Shown here piece after piece: positions 7,090-17,720 of a stretch of DNA of 61,390 nucleotides. Source of the stretch: Candidatus Daviesbacteria bacterium (GTDB lineage Bacteria > Patescibacteriota > Microgenomatia > Daviesbacterales > UBA10151). The stretch covers positions 1 through 61,390 of the forward strand of contig JACOXI010000005.1 in the NCBI GenBank assembly GCA_016176335.1, given 5' to 3'. Positions within the stretch are counted from its first letter, which is position 1, and the number at the start of each line of letters is the position of its first letter. The notes below the pieces were generated by a model. That model had not been told where the DNA came from, ran no database searches, and worked only from the letters and a program-made list of their open reading frames with translations. The position numbers and the translations under genes were made by a program.

Positions 7090-8316
7090 ATGAAGAAGAA
7101 ACCATATATGTTTTACAAAAATAACTTTAAGCGAAATCGTTTTTCAAACAGATTTTCAAACCGCAGGCCTTTTCCCAATGGCCCGAGGAGGGATCCCAGG
7201 AGAAGCAAACTGGAAGGCGCAGATATAAATATGTTTATTAAAAAAGCTGCTCCATTGGCCCAGGAAGAAGAATTGATAGTCCAAAACAGTTTTGCAGATT
7301 TTAATATTTCCGATAATTTAGCGCAAAATATTTTAAAGCATGGCTATACTCAACCTACACCAATACAATCACAAGCAATAAAACCGATTTTGGAAGGCAG
7401 GGATGTTATTGGTCTGGCCGCAACAGGTACGGGTAAAACCGCAGCTTTCCTAATCCCTCTAATAGATAAGGTCTTTAAAAACAGAGACCAAAAAGTTTTA
7501 ATCATTGCCCCAACCCGAGAGTTGGCTGTCCAAATCAACGAAGAGTTAAGAAGCTTTACTTGGGGCATGGGTATCTATTCGGCCTCAATCATCGGCGGCT
7601 CAAATATGCAAAGACAAATACAGGATATTAGAAGAAACTCCCAATTTGTAATTGCCACCCCCGGCAGGCTAAAAGATCTGATTGAAAGAAAAATAATATA
7701 TTTACAGGATTATTCAAATATTGTTTTGGATGAGGTTGATTTAATGGTAGATATAGGGTTTATTAATGATGTTAAATATTTTATATCTTTAATGCCAAAG
7801 GTTCGCCAGTCATTATTCTTCTCGGCCACAATTCCGCCCAGAGTACAAGAGATTTTACGATCATTTGTAACAAACCCTGTCACTTTATCCGTTAAATTGC
7901 AAGACACTCCTGAAAATGTTGAACAGGACATTGTCAGAGTACAAAATCCTGCCAAAAAAATGGATCAGCTGCACGACCTTTTGATTAAAGACGGTTTTGA
8001 TAAGGTATTAATTTTTGGCCGTACCAAACATGGGATTGAAAAAATGAATCAAGAATTAACTATCAGAGGATTTAAAACAGGGGCGCTTCACGGTAATAAG
8101 AGACAAAGCCAGCGAAGAAGAATACTGGAAGATTTCAAAAGAGATGAGATTCAAATACTTTTGGCAACAGATGTTGCCTCCCGTGGATTGGATATTGACA
8201 ATGTAACTCATGTTATAAATTATGATTTACCCCAAACTTACAATGATTATATTCACAGAATCGGCAGAACAGGAAGGGCTGGGAAAATTGGCACCGCCCT
8301 AACCTTCATCGGATAG
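7090..8316 (+). CDS. DEAD-box RNA helicase (RhlE/CshA-like); start may be ATG 7108
   Basis: Q motif GYTQPTPIQ, ATGTGKT, PTRELA, TPGRL, DEVD, SAT, HRIGRTGRAG. Confidence 0.97.
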   Translation: MKKKPYMFYKNNFKRNRFSNRFSNRRPFPNGPRRDPRRSKLEGADINMFIKKAAPLAQEEELIVQNSFADFNISDNLAQNILKHGYTQPTPIQSQAIKPILEGRDVIGLAATGTGKTAAFLIPLIDKVFKNRDQKVLIIAPTRELAVQINEELRSFTWGMGIYSASIIGGSNMQRQIQDIRRNSQFVIATPGRLKDLIERKIIYLQDYSNIVLDEVDLMVDIGFINDVKYFISLMPKVRQSLFFSATIPPRVQEILRSFVTNPVTLSVKLQDTPENVEQDIVRVQNPAKKMDQLHDLLIKDGFDKVLIFGRTKHGIEKMNQELTIRGFKTGALHGNKRQSQRRRILEDFKRDEIQILLATDVASRGLDIDNVTHVINYDLPQTYNDYIHRIGRTGRAGKIGTALTFIG

Positions 8317-8351
8317 CTCCAATTTACCTCTGTTTCTGTTAAAATATTTTT

Positions 8352-9101
8352 ATGCTTTCTGTGTTGAGTATCCCCAAGGTTCAACTTGTATTAATTTTGT
8401 TTCTTTTATACGCAACGGCCGCCATAAAATTTCCAAACGTTAATACTCTTTTTTTACTTTTTGTTTGTGTAGGATTTAATGTTACGTTTGATCTGCTATT
8501 TACATTGATCAGAAAACGCACCTTTTTTATTCCCTTAGCCGCGATGGTAACCGGACTTATTATGGCTTTAATCATTGATCGATCGTCAACTTGGCTTTAT
8601 ATTGCAACTGCAGCTGCCATTGCCATGGGTATAAAAAACTTTGTCAGAGTAGACAACAGACACATTTTGAACCCTGCTGCAAGTGGATTGTTTTTGTCAG
8701 GCCTGTTATTTAACCAATACTTAAGTTGGTGGGGAGTATCCTTTCAGACAGTTACTCAAATTAACCTGTCAAACATAATATTTTTTTTAATTCTTTTATC
8801 GCCTGCTATTATTTCCTTTTTCAGGTTTAAAAAATACTACAGCATTTTAGCTTACATTTTTTCCAGTACAGTAATTTCCCAACTGCTCCTGTCAAATTTT
8901 TCTTTATTAGACCCATCTATCTTATTTTTTGCAATTGTCATGTTGCCGGAACCTATGACATCACCTGTAAATTACAAAAAGCAAATTATTTATGGAGCGC
9001 TGGTTGCAGTTCTGCCTTTTCTATTTGCCATTCCTTTGGTAAGTAATGACCCGCTCCTTCCGTCTCTACTTTTGGGAAACTTGATATTTTTGAAAAAGTG
9101 A
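8352..9101 (+). CDS. RnfD/NqrB-family membrane protein
   Basis: AIAMGIKNFVRVDNRHILNPAASG and MLPEPMTSP motifs; multi-TM. Confidence 0.75.
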   Translation: MLSVLSIPKVQLVLILFLLYATAAIKFPNVNTLFLLFVCVGFNVTFDLLFTLIRKRTFFIPLAAMVTGLIMALIIDRSSTWLYIATAAAIAMGIKNFVRVDNRHILNPAASGLFLSGLLFNQYLSWWGVSFQTVTQINLSNIIFFLILLSPAIISFFRFKKYYSILAYIFSSTVISQLLLSNFSLLDPSILFFAIVMLPEPMTSPVNYKKQIIYGALVAVLPFLFAIPLVSNDPLLPSLLLGNLIFLKK

Positions 9102-10435
9102 CAAAAAATAATCCTTCAATTGAGCTGTATTTGCTTGTGCTTTCAACTTTGCAAAAGCTAGAGATTCAACCTGTCTGATTCTTTCCCTGGTAAGTCTAAA
9201 TCCTCTTCCTATCTCTTCCAGAGTCTTGGGACCACCATCAGCAAAGCCAAAACGGAGTTCCATAACTTGTCTTTCTTGTGGATTTAAGCAATGTAGTAGC
9301 TCTTCAACTACTGCTCTTAGGTTTGTTTGATCTGCCCTCCGGATAGCTTCTTCAGCCACATCAACTCCTGTATCCTCTATAAAATCTCTAAGAGATCCTG
9401 CTGCTCTTCAAGATCTCCACCCGCCACTTCAGCCTCCAAAGAGGCTGGTTTTCTTCTCCAGCGGTAAACTTCTCTTACTCTCTCTGCTTTAATACCTAAC
9501 TCTTTAGCTATCTCCTCTATCGTCGGTTCTCGTCCTAGCTCACCGAGCAATCTTTCCTCTGCGTTGTTGAGCCTGCTAAAATATCCATGCATCCAAGATG
9601 GCAACCTCATAGTCCTGCTGTGATCATCTAAGGCTCTTGTGATTGTTTGTCTAATCCACCAGGTGGCATAAGTGGACAGTTTAAAGCCTCGCCGATAATC
9701 AAACTTTTTCACTGCCAGCATCAGTCCGGTATTTCCGTCTTGGATTAAATCTAACAAGGGCAATCCTCTCCCTGTATACTTTTTAGCCATCGATACCACC
9801 AGACGTAAGTTGTGATTTACCAACTCTTGTCTTGCTATTTCTCCCCTGGTTTCTATCTCCTCAAGCCTGCTGCCTAAATCTAAAACTCTCGGCTCCAGTC
9901 TTTCCCTCAATTCATCCCATGATAAGAAGGGAGCATTGCAACAAGCTAGGACTTCGTGGGGAAGAACTCGGGTACTCAAGGATATTTTTTCTACAGCACG
10001 TTCACGTTTGCCAGTATCCAGAAGTTCTCTCACCTGGGGATCATGAACTCTTTCAGAAAAAGGGTGGACTACCATATCTTGACTTATTGCCAACTGCTCA
10101 AATTCCGGGAACGATCTGACCATCCGCGCATAAACCAGTCTCAAGATCATCCAGGTGGCAGCCACTCCACCTGTTCCTTGACTATCCAAACGAGCTCTTA
10201 CCCCAGCCAAAATCCGACCCTCCTGTATGTGACGAGCCAATATTTTCTCCTGCTCCCCGTTAATCAGGGGAAGCCTATTGATCTCTTCCAAGTATTTTTT
10301 GACCAGGTTTAACGAGGAGTCTCCTCCGTTGAGTCCTACCTCTTCCCCTAGATCAACTGCGTCATAATTTAAAGATGTGCGCGGCGGACCTTGAACAGGT
10401 TTCCACGGGTGACGAATGCTAGCTTCTACAACCAT
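9066..10435 (-). pseudogene. RpoD-like sigma-70 factor split by a 1-nt frameshift near 9388
   Basis: Regions 1.2/2/3 (YLEEI, DLIQDGNTGLM, STYATWWIRQ) in 9377..10507; region 4 (LEEIGRGFRLTRERIRQ) in 9066..9359; one added G restores LLGDFIED. Confidence 0.85.
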
Positions 10436-10490
10436 GTTCCTGATTCTAGCAGATTTAAGGCTGATTATCGACTTTTTAAAAATAGCTGTT

Positions 10491-11228
10491 TTATAGCCTT
10501 GAGGCAAATTCTTTCAAACTCCAAAAACCTGACACCTTAATTCTTGGCATATTTATGCTTGGCCCGGAAGCTTTGCCGTACCAAGTCCCGAGTCCCCCAA
10601 CATATCCTGCTTTTTGAGCTTGCGCCCACACTGTTTTATTACTTACTCCATACGGATAGGCTATGAAATTTACCGGATAGCCGGTTTGGCTTTGCAAAAC
10701 ATTTTTAGAATCAACAAGTTGTTTGAGGACAGCTGCATAACTTAAGCTGGCCAAATTCGCATGACTAACAGAATGTCCCTCAAAAGTCACCAGACCTGAT
10801 GATTGAATTTCTTTTATTTGATTCCAGTTCATGTAGTAACTGCCACCAATCAGTCCGGTTGGGATAAAGCTGACCGCATGAAAGTTAAACCTTCTTAAGA
10901 TTGGGAAGGCAGTGGTATAAAAATCTATATATCCGTCATCAAAAGTCAACACCACTGCTTTTTCTGGAGCACCTGCTTGACCATTATATATTCCATAAAG
11001 CGTATCCAAAGTAATTGGGGTGTAGCCGTTTTTGGCCAGATAATCCATCTGGGCTTCGAATTTATCAGGGGGGACTGACAGGGCATCTCTTTGTCTGTCC
11101 TTAGAATTGGGGTTATTGGCAATATAGTGATAAGTCAGTATCGGCACTTTGATATTTACTGCCAATGCTGTTGCAGGAATAATGAACAAAAAAATAAGGC
11201 TAAGAAATATAGCCAAAATCGTGCGCAT
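10491..11228 (-). CDS. Secreted polysaccharide deacetylase (NodB family)
   Basis: PILTYH, LTFDDGY, GHSVSH, FIAYPYG motifs; start moved to MRTILAIF. Confidence 0.92.
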   Translation of the reverse strand: MRTILAIFLSLIFLFIIPATALAVNIKVPILTYHYIANNPNSKDRQRDALSVPPDKFEAQMDYLAKNGYTPITLDTLYGIYNGQAGAPEKAVVLTFDDGYIDFYTTAFPILRRFNFHAVSFIPTGLIGGSYYMNWNQIKEIQSSGLVTFEGHSVSHANLASLSYAAVLKQLVDSKNVLQSQTGYPVNFIAYPYGVSNKTVWAQAQKAGYVGGLGTWYGKASGPSINMPRIKVSGFWSLKEFASRL

Positions 11229-11249
11229 AAGTACATAATATGATATATT

Positions 11250-12365
11250 ATGAAGATGAGCAAGCGCAAGCTTACCTACTCTCAAGTTGGAGATGATTAT
11301 TCTACAAAAGATCCCACTAAAAAAATTGCATTAGTTGCTGCAAGACAAACTGCTGAAGAGATGGCGAAAAAAGGCTATCGGGAGATTTCCGATACTAGGG
11401 GTGAATCCGCTTTTGTATGGGCAACACCAAATAACCAGTTTACAGCATCTGTCATTGAAGGCCTAGGGACAAAAAATCTCGTTGCGGACGCCATGAGAAA
11501 AATTACAGGAAAAACCTATTATGACACGCTTGGACATGACACAGTAGCAACAATTATTAATGACTTGATTACAGTTGGAGCAAAACCAATGGTGATTCAT
11601 GCTTACTGGGGAGTTGAAAATAACTCATGGCTTCAAGATGAAGAAAGAATGAACGATTTAATAACAGGATGGAAAGAAGCTTGTATTCTTGCAGAGATTG
11701 CCTGGGGTGGAGGAGAAACACCTACACTTAAAGGAATCATAGTTCCTAATACAATTATGCTCGGTGGTTCTGCTGTTGGAGTCGTACCATCTCAAGACAA
11801 AATTATTACCGATAGCAAGTTAAAAGATAAAGACCGCATATTGCTTTTAAAAAGCAATGGGATCAACACAAATGGCTTATCACTTGCTCGGGCGATCGCA
11901 AAAAAATTACCAGCAGGATATTCAACAAAACTTAATAGTGACATTATGTATGGGGAAGCTCTTTTAACTAAAACAAATATCTACGCGAGACTTGTTAATA
12001 GTTTAATATCCAGTGACATTGATATCCATTATATTTCAAATATAACTGGGCATGGGCATAGAAAAATTATGCGCTCACCAAGAAAATTTACTTATTACAT
12101 TGAAAATATTTTTGAACCGCAAGAGGTATTTTTATTCACGCAAAAATATGCAAATCTTTCTGATTACGATATGTATGAGGAATTTAATATGGGAATGGAT
12201 TATGCAATTTTTCTGCAGGCAGAAGATGCAGATAAAGCTTTAGAAATTATTAAACACAATGGATTTGAAGGGCTAGATGCAGGATATATTGAAGAGGGTG
12301 AAAGAAAAGTGGTTATTAAACCTAAAAATATTATCTTTGAAGGGATAAGTTTAGATTTGCGTTAA
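11250..12365 (+). CDS. purM: AIR synthetase
   Basis: EGLGTKN, GHDTVATIINDL, GGGETP, SNGINTNG, NITGHG, FNMG; start may be 11256. Confidence 0.9.
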   Translation: MKMSKRKLTYSQVGDDYSTKDPTKKIALVAARQTAEEMAKKGYREISDTRGESAFVWATPNNQFTASVIEGLGTKNLVADAMRKITGKTYYDTLGHDTVATIINDLITVGAKPMVIHAYWGVENNSWLQDEERMNDLITGWKEACILAEIAWGGGETPTLKGIIVPNTIMLGGSAVGVVPSQDKIITDSKLKDKDRILLLKSNGINTNGLSLARAIAKKLPAGYSTKLNSDIMYGEALLTKTNIYARLVNSLISSDIDIHYISNITGHGHRKIMRSPRKFTYYIENIFEPQEVFLFTQKYANLSDYDMYEEFNMGMDYAIFLQAEDADKALEIIKHNGFEGLDAGYIEEGERKVVIKPKNIIFEGISLDLR

Positions 12366-12367
12366 TT

Positions 12368-13348
12368 TCACTCCTCATAAGTCCTGTGGGCTTTGGGGAT
12401 TAATTTTTCACTCATTGAATCACCGTTATATATGCACTTAATTGCCTCTGCCAAAAGATTAGCCACAGAAACAATGACAACTTTAGGATCATTTTTAATC
12501 TCTTCCCTAATAGGTACAGTATCCGTAATAAAAATTCTCTCAAAATTTGCTTCTTCTATTCTTTTTCCGGCAGAATCTGAAAAAAGTCCGTGTGTCGCAG
12601 CAGCTGAAACAGATTTTGCACCTTTTTTATTTAGTAATTTTGCAGCCTCACAAATTGTTCCTGCCGTATCTATCATGTCATCAACTATTAATACATCTTT
12701 ACCCCTTACTTCTCCAATCAAATCCAAAGCTTTAGATTCATTTGCCTTCTGTGGATTTCTTTCTTTGTAGACTATTGCTATACCGTCAGCATTTAATAAA
12801 TCTGCATAAAAAGTGGCCTTTAAAACTCCTCCTTTATCAGGTGAGGCAATTACCAGATTCTTAGGGAAAGTTTTTTGCAAAATAGGCAGGAAAGAATAAC
12901 TTGCATATAAATTATCCCAGGGAACTTCTACAAATCCGGGTTCCTGTTCGGAGTGAATATCGATTGTGACAATCCTATCTGCGCCGGCGAATTCAATCAA
13001 TCTAGAAATAATGGATGCTGATATTGGTACGCGGGGTCTATCTTTCCTGTCTTGCCTGGAATATCCGAAATAAGGAATTATTGCGGAAACTTCAGAAGCA
13101 GAAGATCTTTTAGCTGCATCAATGATCAATAACAGCTCAACCAAATTATCATTAACAGGAGGGCATGTTGGTTGGATTATAAAAACATCGCGTTTCCTTA
13201 AATTTTCTGGAATTACAATTCTTTTTTCCCCATCTGCAAATTCTGTAACAGTCTCATCCGCATTTTTGCCCAAAATTTTGGCAATATCTTTTGCCAATTT
13301 TAAATTTGCAGTTCCTGTTAAAAGTACAAAACCGTTACTACTGGGCAT
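12368..13348 (-). CDS. prs: Ribose-phosphate pyrophosphokinase
   Basis: FADGE, IPYFGYSRQDRK, ASPDKGG, VDDMIDTAGT. Confidence 0.97.
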   Translation of the reverse strand: MPSSNGFVLLTGTANLKLAKDIAKILGKNADETVTEFADGEKRIVIPENLRKRDVFIIQPTCPPVNDNLVELLLIIDAAKRSSASEVSAIIPYFGYSRQDRKDRPRVPISASIISRLIEFAGADRIVTIDIHSEQEPGFVEVPWDNLYASYSFLPILQKTFPKNLVIASPDKGGVLKATFYADLLNADGIAIVYKERNPQKANESKALDLIGEVRGKDVLIVDDMIDTAGTICEAAKLLNKKGAKSVSAAATHGLFSDSAGKRIEEANFERIFITDTVPIREEIKNDPKVVIVSVANLLAEAIKCIYNGDSMSEKLIPKAHRTYEE

Positions 13349-13375
13349 AAAAGTTTAAATTCAATTATATATATC

Positions 13376-14314
13376 TTACCAGCTATTTGCAAACTTTAAA
13401 AGATTTTTTCTGATTCTTTTCTCAATCGGGTATTTGAATTTTTTAAATTTTTTTCCCGCAATCTTCTGATAAATTGATACGTACCTTTTGGAAACTGCTT
13501 TTTGTAAACTGGTCGGCATTTTCGGAGGTTTACCTTCTCCTTTATATCCATGCCTAACATACCAAAGCCTTAAAAACTCTTTATCAAAATTTTCCGGTTC
13601 CAAACCTTTTTTAAACCGTTGCATATATGTTTTTTTGACCCAGAATCTTGAAGAATCAGGTGTGTGTACCTCATCTATCAAAAGCAGATTTCCCTTCGCA
13701 TCCAGCCCAAACTCATACTTGGTGTCTACTAAAATTATTCCATTCCTTTCGCAAATTATTGTTCCTTTTTCGAAAAGAGCCAAAGCCACTGTCTTCATTT
13801 GATTCCATATTTTTGCTGAAACCAGTCTTCTTTGAAGAATTTCTTTTTCCGTTAACCTCTCATCATGTCCTACCTCCGCTTTTGTGGTTGGAGTAATCAC
13901 CGCTCTTGGTAATTTTTGATTTTTCCTCAAACCGCTTGGAAATTTTATACCATAAATTATTCTTTCACCTTTTTTATAAGATCCCCAAATGGAGGTTCCT
14001 GTTACACCAGTAATATATCCCCTCACCACCATCTCAATGGGGATAGGTGTGGCGTTTTTTGCAACTGTGACATTGGGGTCGGGAATAGAAATTACATGGT
14101 TATCTATGATCTTTTTTGTTTTGTCAAACCAGAATGCGGACAATAAATTCAAAACAGCGCCTTTGTGCGGAATATATCCTAAAATCACATCAAAAGCAGA
14201 TATGCGATCAGTGGTAATAAGGATTCTCCTCTCACCCAATATATAGTAGTCTCTCACCTTGCCACTATGTTTTTCACCCAAACCTTTTAAATTTACAGTT
14301 TTTAAAACGCCCAT
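13376..14314 (-). CDS. purC: SAICAR synthetase
   Basis: GKVRDYY, TDRISAFD, DTKYEFG, DEVHTPDSSRFW; start moved to MGVLKT, after the purE stop. Confidence 0.96.
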   Translation of the reverse strand: MGVLKTVNLKGLGEKHSGKVRDYYILGERRILITTDRISAFDVILGYIPHKGAVLNLLSAFWFDKTKKIIDNHVISIPDPNVTVAKNATPIPIEMVVRGYITGVTGTSIWGSYKKGERIIYGIKFPSGLRKNQKLPRAVITPTTKAEVGHDERLTEKEILQRRLVSAKIWNQMKTVALALFEKGTIICERNGIILVDTKYEFGLDAKGNLLLIDEVHTPDSSRFWVKKTYMQRFKKGLEPENFDKEFLRLWYVRHGYKGEGKPPKMPTSLQKAVSKRYVSIYQKIAGKKFKKFKYPIEKRIRKNLLKFANSW

Positions 14315-14315
14315 T

Positions 14316-14807
14316 TTATCTACTGCTTTCAAGTTTTTCCGACTTTTTTTCCACTCCCTCTGCCAAACCTTTTTTATACTCAACCATTTTCTTTTCCAAA
14401 GCTTTATCTGAAGTTGCCAGAATTTGTATGGCCAAAAGTCCGCTGTTTCGCGCCCCATTTATGGCCACAGTCGCCACCGGGACACCGGGGGGCATCTGCA
14501 TGCTAGACAACAGCGCATCTATACCCTCCAATGCTCCAGCCTTTAGCGGAACTCCTATCACAGGAAGTGGAAAATGAGCAGCAACAACCCCTGCCAAATG
14601 TGCAGCCAAACCTGCTCCACAAATTATTACCTTCCCACCATTTTTGTGAAATTGATCAATTAACTTGACAGTTCTATTAGGAGATCTGTGTGCGGAAGAA
14701 ATTGTTATTTCATAGCCTACCCCGAATTCCTCCAAAACTTTTGCAGCACCCCCCATCACTTCCAAGTCGGAATCGGAGGCGGAAATTATGAGGATTTTCT
14801 TTTCCAT
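14316..14807 (-). CDS. purE: AIR carboxylase / N5-CAIR mutase
   Basis: SDSDL, SAHRSP, AGLAAHLAG, QMPPGVPVATV. Confidence 0.97.
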   Translation of the reverse strand: MEKKILIISASDSDLEVMGGAAKVLEEFGVGYEITISSAHRSPNRTVKLIDQFHKNGGKVIICGAGLAAHLAGVVAAHFPLPVIGVPLKAGALEGIDALLSSMQMPPGVPVATVAINGARNSGLLAIQILATSDKALEKKMVEYKKGLAEGVEKKSEKLESSR

Positions 14808-14811
14808 AAAT

Positions 14812-16194
14812 TTAGGTTAATTTATCAATTTGTCTTGCCATTGTCAAAGCCTTATCTTTTGCATTTCCTGTATGATGTTTGGCATCCAATAATCGTCTTA
14901 ACTCATCTGGTTTTAAATACTTACCAATTTCTGTGGAACTGATCAGTAAATTTTCCATAGGATTTTCTTTGCCATCTTGGATATCTGCCCAAGCTTTCAT
15001 GGAAATTTCTCTTAAGATCCCATGCATTTTTTGTCTGTCAGCCTTCTTTTTAACTGCCTCAATTATCACTTCCTCTTGAGCGGAAAAAGGCCAGTAGACT
15101 GATAGGTTCTTCGTTATTCGTTTATTGTTTATTGTTAACCCCTCAACAATATTTACAGCTGATGTTATCATCTCGTCAATTGCCAAAAACATTTCAGGAA
15201 TTGCTACCCTTCTATTTGCAGAATCATCCAAAGTCCGCTCCAAAAGCATATGTGCTGCATTATCCCAAGTTATTCTTGATAAACTAACCACCAGTCTGGC
15301 TAAAGAACAAATCTTCTCTGAAGATATAGGGTTTTTCTTAAAAGGCATGGCAGATGAACCAACTTGTGATTTTCCGAATGGCTCTTGCCATTCTCCAAAT
15401 CCGGGAGATTGCATAATTCTTAGATCAAAGGCAAATTTATACAAACTCTGGGCGATTGATGAAAGCAGATTTCCTAACCAACTTTCTATTTTTCTAGGCG
15501 CAGTTTGATTGGTTATTTCAAATGCCTCTAACCTTAACTCCCCCAACACCCCCAATTCCAAATCTTTAGCCTTTTTTAAATCTAAAAGTTTTACATAAGA
15601 TGCAGATGTCCCTACCGCCCCTTTCATTCCTTTACCTTTCAGATTCTTTTTGACAAACTCCAACTGTTCTAAATCCATTAACAAATCCTGTGCATAAAAA
15701 GCAAACCTATATCCTAAAGTGGTTGGTTCAGCCGGCTGCAAGTGTGTATATCCCATGCAAACAAAGTCTGCATATTGTTCAATTTTTTTGCCAAAACTTT
15801 TCAACAGTTTAATTAATTCATTTTCTATAATATTCAACGCTTCTGAAATTCTAATAGTTTCTGCATTATCCGAAACATCCATTGAAGTTGCTCCCAGATG
15901 AATTTTTCCGCCACCCACTTTGGCTTTTTCAGCAAACTCATGGATGGCTGCCACCACATCATGTCTGGTATCTTTCTCTATTTCCCAAATTCTTTCGATA
16001 TCCAAATCATTTTGGTGTTTTTCTAAATCAGAAAGTTCTTCTTTGGAAACGAGTCCCAATTTATGTTGAGCCCGTGCCAACTCCACCCAAATTTTTCTCC
16101 AAAGTCTATATTTGTATTCTTCAGAAAAGATCTGTCTCATTTCCTGCGAACCATATCTCCAGCTAAAAGGTGACTCGTAGTTTTGAGTTTTCAT
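14812..16194 (-). CDS. purB: Adenylosuccinate lyase
   Basis: RHDVVA, HLGATS, THLQPAEPTT, GSSAMPFKKNP. Confidence 0.97.
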   Translation of the reverse strand: MKTQNYESPFSWRYGSQEMRQIFSEEYKYRLWRKIWVELARAQHKLGLVSKEELSDLEKHQNDLDIERIWEIEKDTRHDVVAAIHEFAEKAKVGGGKIHLGATSMDVSDNAETIRISEALNIIENELIKLLKSFGKKIEQYADFVCMGYTHLQPAEPTTLGYRFAFYAQDLLMDLEQLEFVKKNLKGKGMKGAVGTSASYVKLLDLKKAKDLELGVLGELRLEAFEITNQTAPRKIESWLGNLLSSIAQSLYKFAFDLRIMQSPGFGEWQEPFGKSQVGSSAMPFKKNPISSEKICSLARLVVSLSRITWDNAAHMLLERTLDDSANRRVAIPEMFLAIDEMITSAVNIVEGLTINNKRITKNLSVYWPFSAQEEVIIEAVKKKADRQKMHGILREISMKAWADIQDGKENPMENLLISSTEIGKYLKPDELRRLLDAKHHTGNAKDKALTMARQIDKLT

Positions 16195-17720
16195 TAATGT
16201 CTAAATGCCCTCCTTTGGGAAAATACCATCGGAATCCTCGCTTCATTTGCGGCATCTATAGATGCCTGATCATTAACAGAACCTCCCTGTTCTAAAATTG
16301 CAGATATTCCATATTTTGATGCCAGCCTGACACTATCATCAAATGGAAAATAACTGTCACTCACCAAAATTCCACCGCGGGTATAATTTCCTGCTTGCTC
16401 CAGGGCAATTTTGGTTGCCCCAACTCTGGAGGTTTGGCCGGAACCGATTCCTCGAGTTATCGGGACATCTTTATCAATCACTATTACCGCATTGGATCTT
16501 ACTGCTTTGACTGCTTTAAAACCAAATTTCATAAGTTCCAGTTGTTTTTCGCTTGGTTTCTTCTTGGTAACTGCTTGCCAGTTCTTAAACCCTTCCTCGG
16601 CATTGTCATCATGTGTTTGTAATAATACTACTCCTGAAAACCATTTGATATCTAGAGTTTCACTTCTGTCTTTTGGTATGTTACCAAAAACATAAATTCC
16701 CATGCTTTTGCGAACCTTTTTAAGCAGCTCCAAGGCATCTTTTGTAATTTGCGGTACTGCCACCACATCGATATTACCTTCTCTTTCATATTTAAATGAG
16801 GCAATAATTTTGGCAGCATTAATGTCCATTGCTTGATTTAGAACAACTACACCGCCAAACGCCGAAACCGGATCTGCCTCCAAAGCTCTCTCCAAAGCCT
16901 GCCTTGCATCTTTACCTGTTGCAATTCCACAAGGGCTCAAATGCTTAATGACACAGGCTGCAGGATCAGAAAATTGTCTGACTGTTTCTAAACCTGTAAA
17001 AATATCGCCAGTGTTAGTTCCTGACAGTCTCCGCCCCCAAAGATACTCAAGTTTTGCCAAAGGTGAGTTGGTGTTGGGGACCAAATACAACGCTCCCACC
17101 TGGTGTGGATTTTCTCCATATCTTAAATCTTCTTTTTTTGTCAGGGGAATTGTCAATTTTGGCGGAAAAAGTTCTTTGGAAAAGTATGTTCCGATTTGTG
17201 AATCATAATAAGATAAATGATAAAAGGCTTTGGCTGCCAATTCTCGTCTTAACTCCCCTGTTAATTTTCCACTACTGATAGCCCGTGCAACTTTTTCATA
17301 GTCTTTTGAGTCTACAACCACCACAACATTTTCGTAATTTTTGGCTGCAGCTCTTATCATTGTCGGCCCACCAACATCTATTGTTTCAACAGATGGTTTT
17401 TCTTCAAACGGATAAAAATTGCAAACAACAACATCAATTTGTGGAACTCCCAATTTTTCAGCCTGTTCAACATGTGATTTATTTTTACGATCATATAAAA
17501 TTCCCGACTCTATTTGAAAACTTATGGTTTTCATCCTTCCGTCAAAAGCATCTCTGGGGTTTCCTGTTACCTCTTCAATAGGTGTTACATCTATACCAGC
17601 TTTTTTAAGCTGTTCGTAGGTTCCACCTGTAGCAATAATTTTATATCCACTTTTAATGAGTACTCTGGCAAAATCTGTGATCCCACTTTTATCATAAACG
17701 CTTAAAAGTGCATATTTCAT
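16194..17720 (-). CDS. purH: Bifunctional AICAR transformylase/IMP cyclohydrolase
   Basis: ALLSVYDKSG, IDVGGPTMIRAAAKN, LRYGENPHQ, GIGSGQTSR, SDSYFPF. Confidence 0.96.
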   Translation of the reverse strand: MKYALLSVYDKSGITDFARVLIKSGYKIIATGGTYEQLKKAGIDVTPIEEVTGNPRDAFDGRMKTISFQIESGILYDRKNKSHVEQAEKLGVPQIDVVVCNFYPFEEKPSVETIDVGGPTMIRAAAKNYENVVVVVDSKDYEKVARAISSGKLTGELRRELAAKAFYHLSYYDSQIGTYFSKELFPPKLTIPLTKKEDLRYGENPHQVGALYLVPNTNSPLAKLEYLWGRRLSGTNTGDIFTGLETVRQFSDPAACVIKHLSPCGIATGKDARQALERALEADPVSAFGGVVVLNQAMDINAAKIIASFKYEREGNIDVVAVPQITKDALELLKKVRKSMGIYVFGNIPKDRSETLDIKWFSGVVLLQTHDDNAEEGFKNWQAVTKKKPSEKQLELMKFGFKAVKAVRSNAVIVIDKDVPITRGIGSGQTSRVGATKIALEQAGNYTRGGILVSDSYFPFDDSVRLASKYGISAILEQGGSVNDQASIDAANEARIPMVFSQRRAFRH

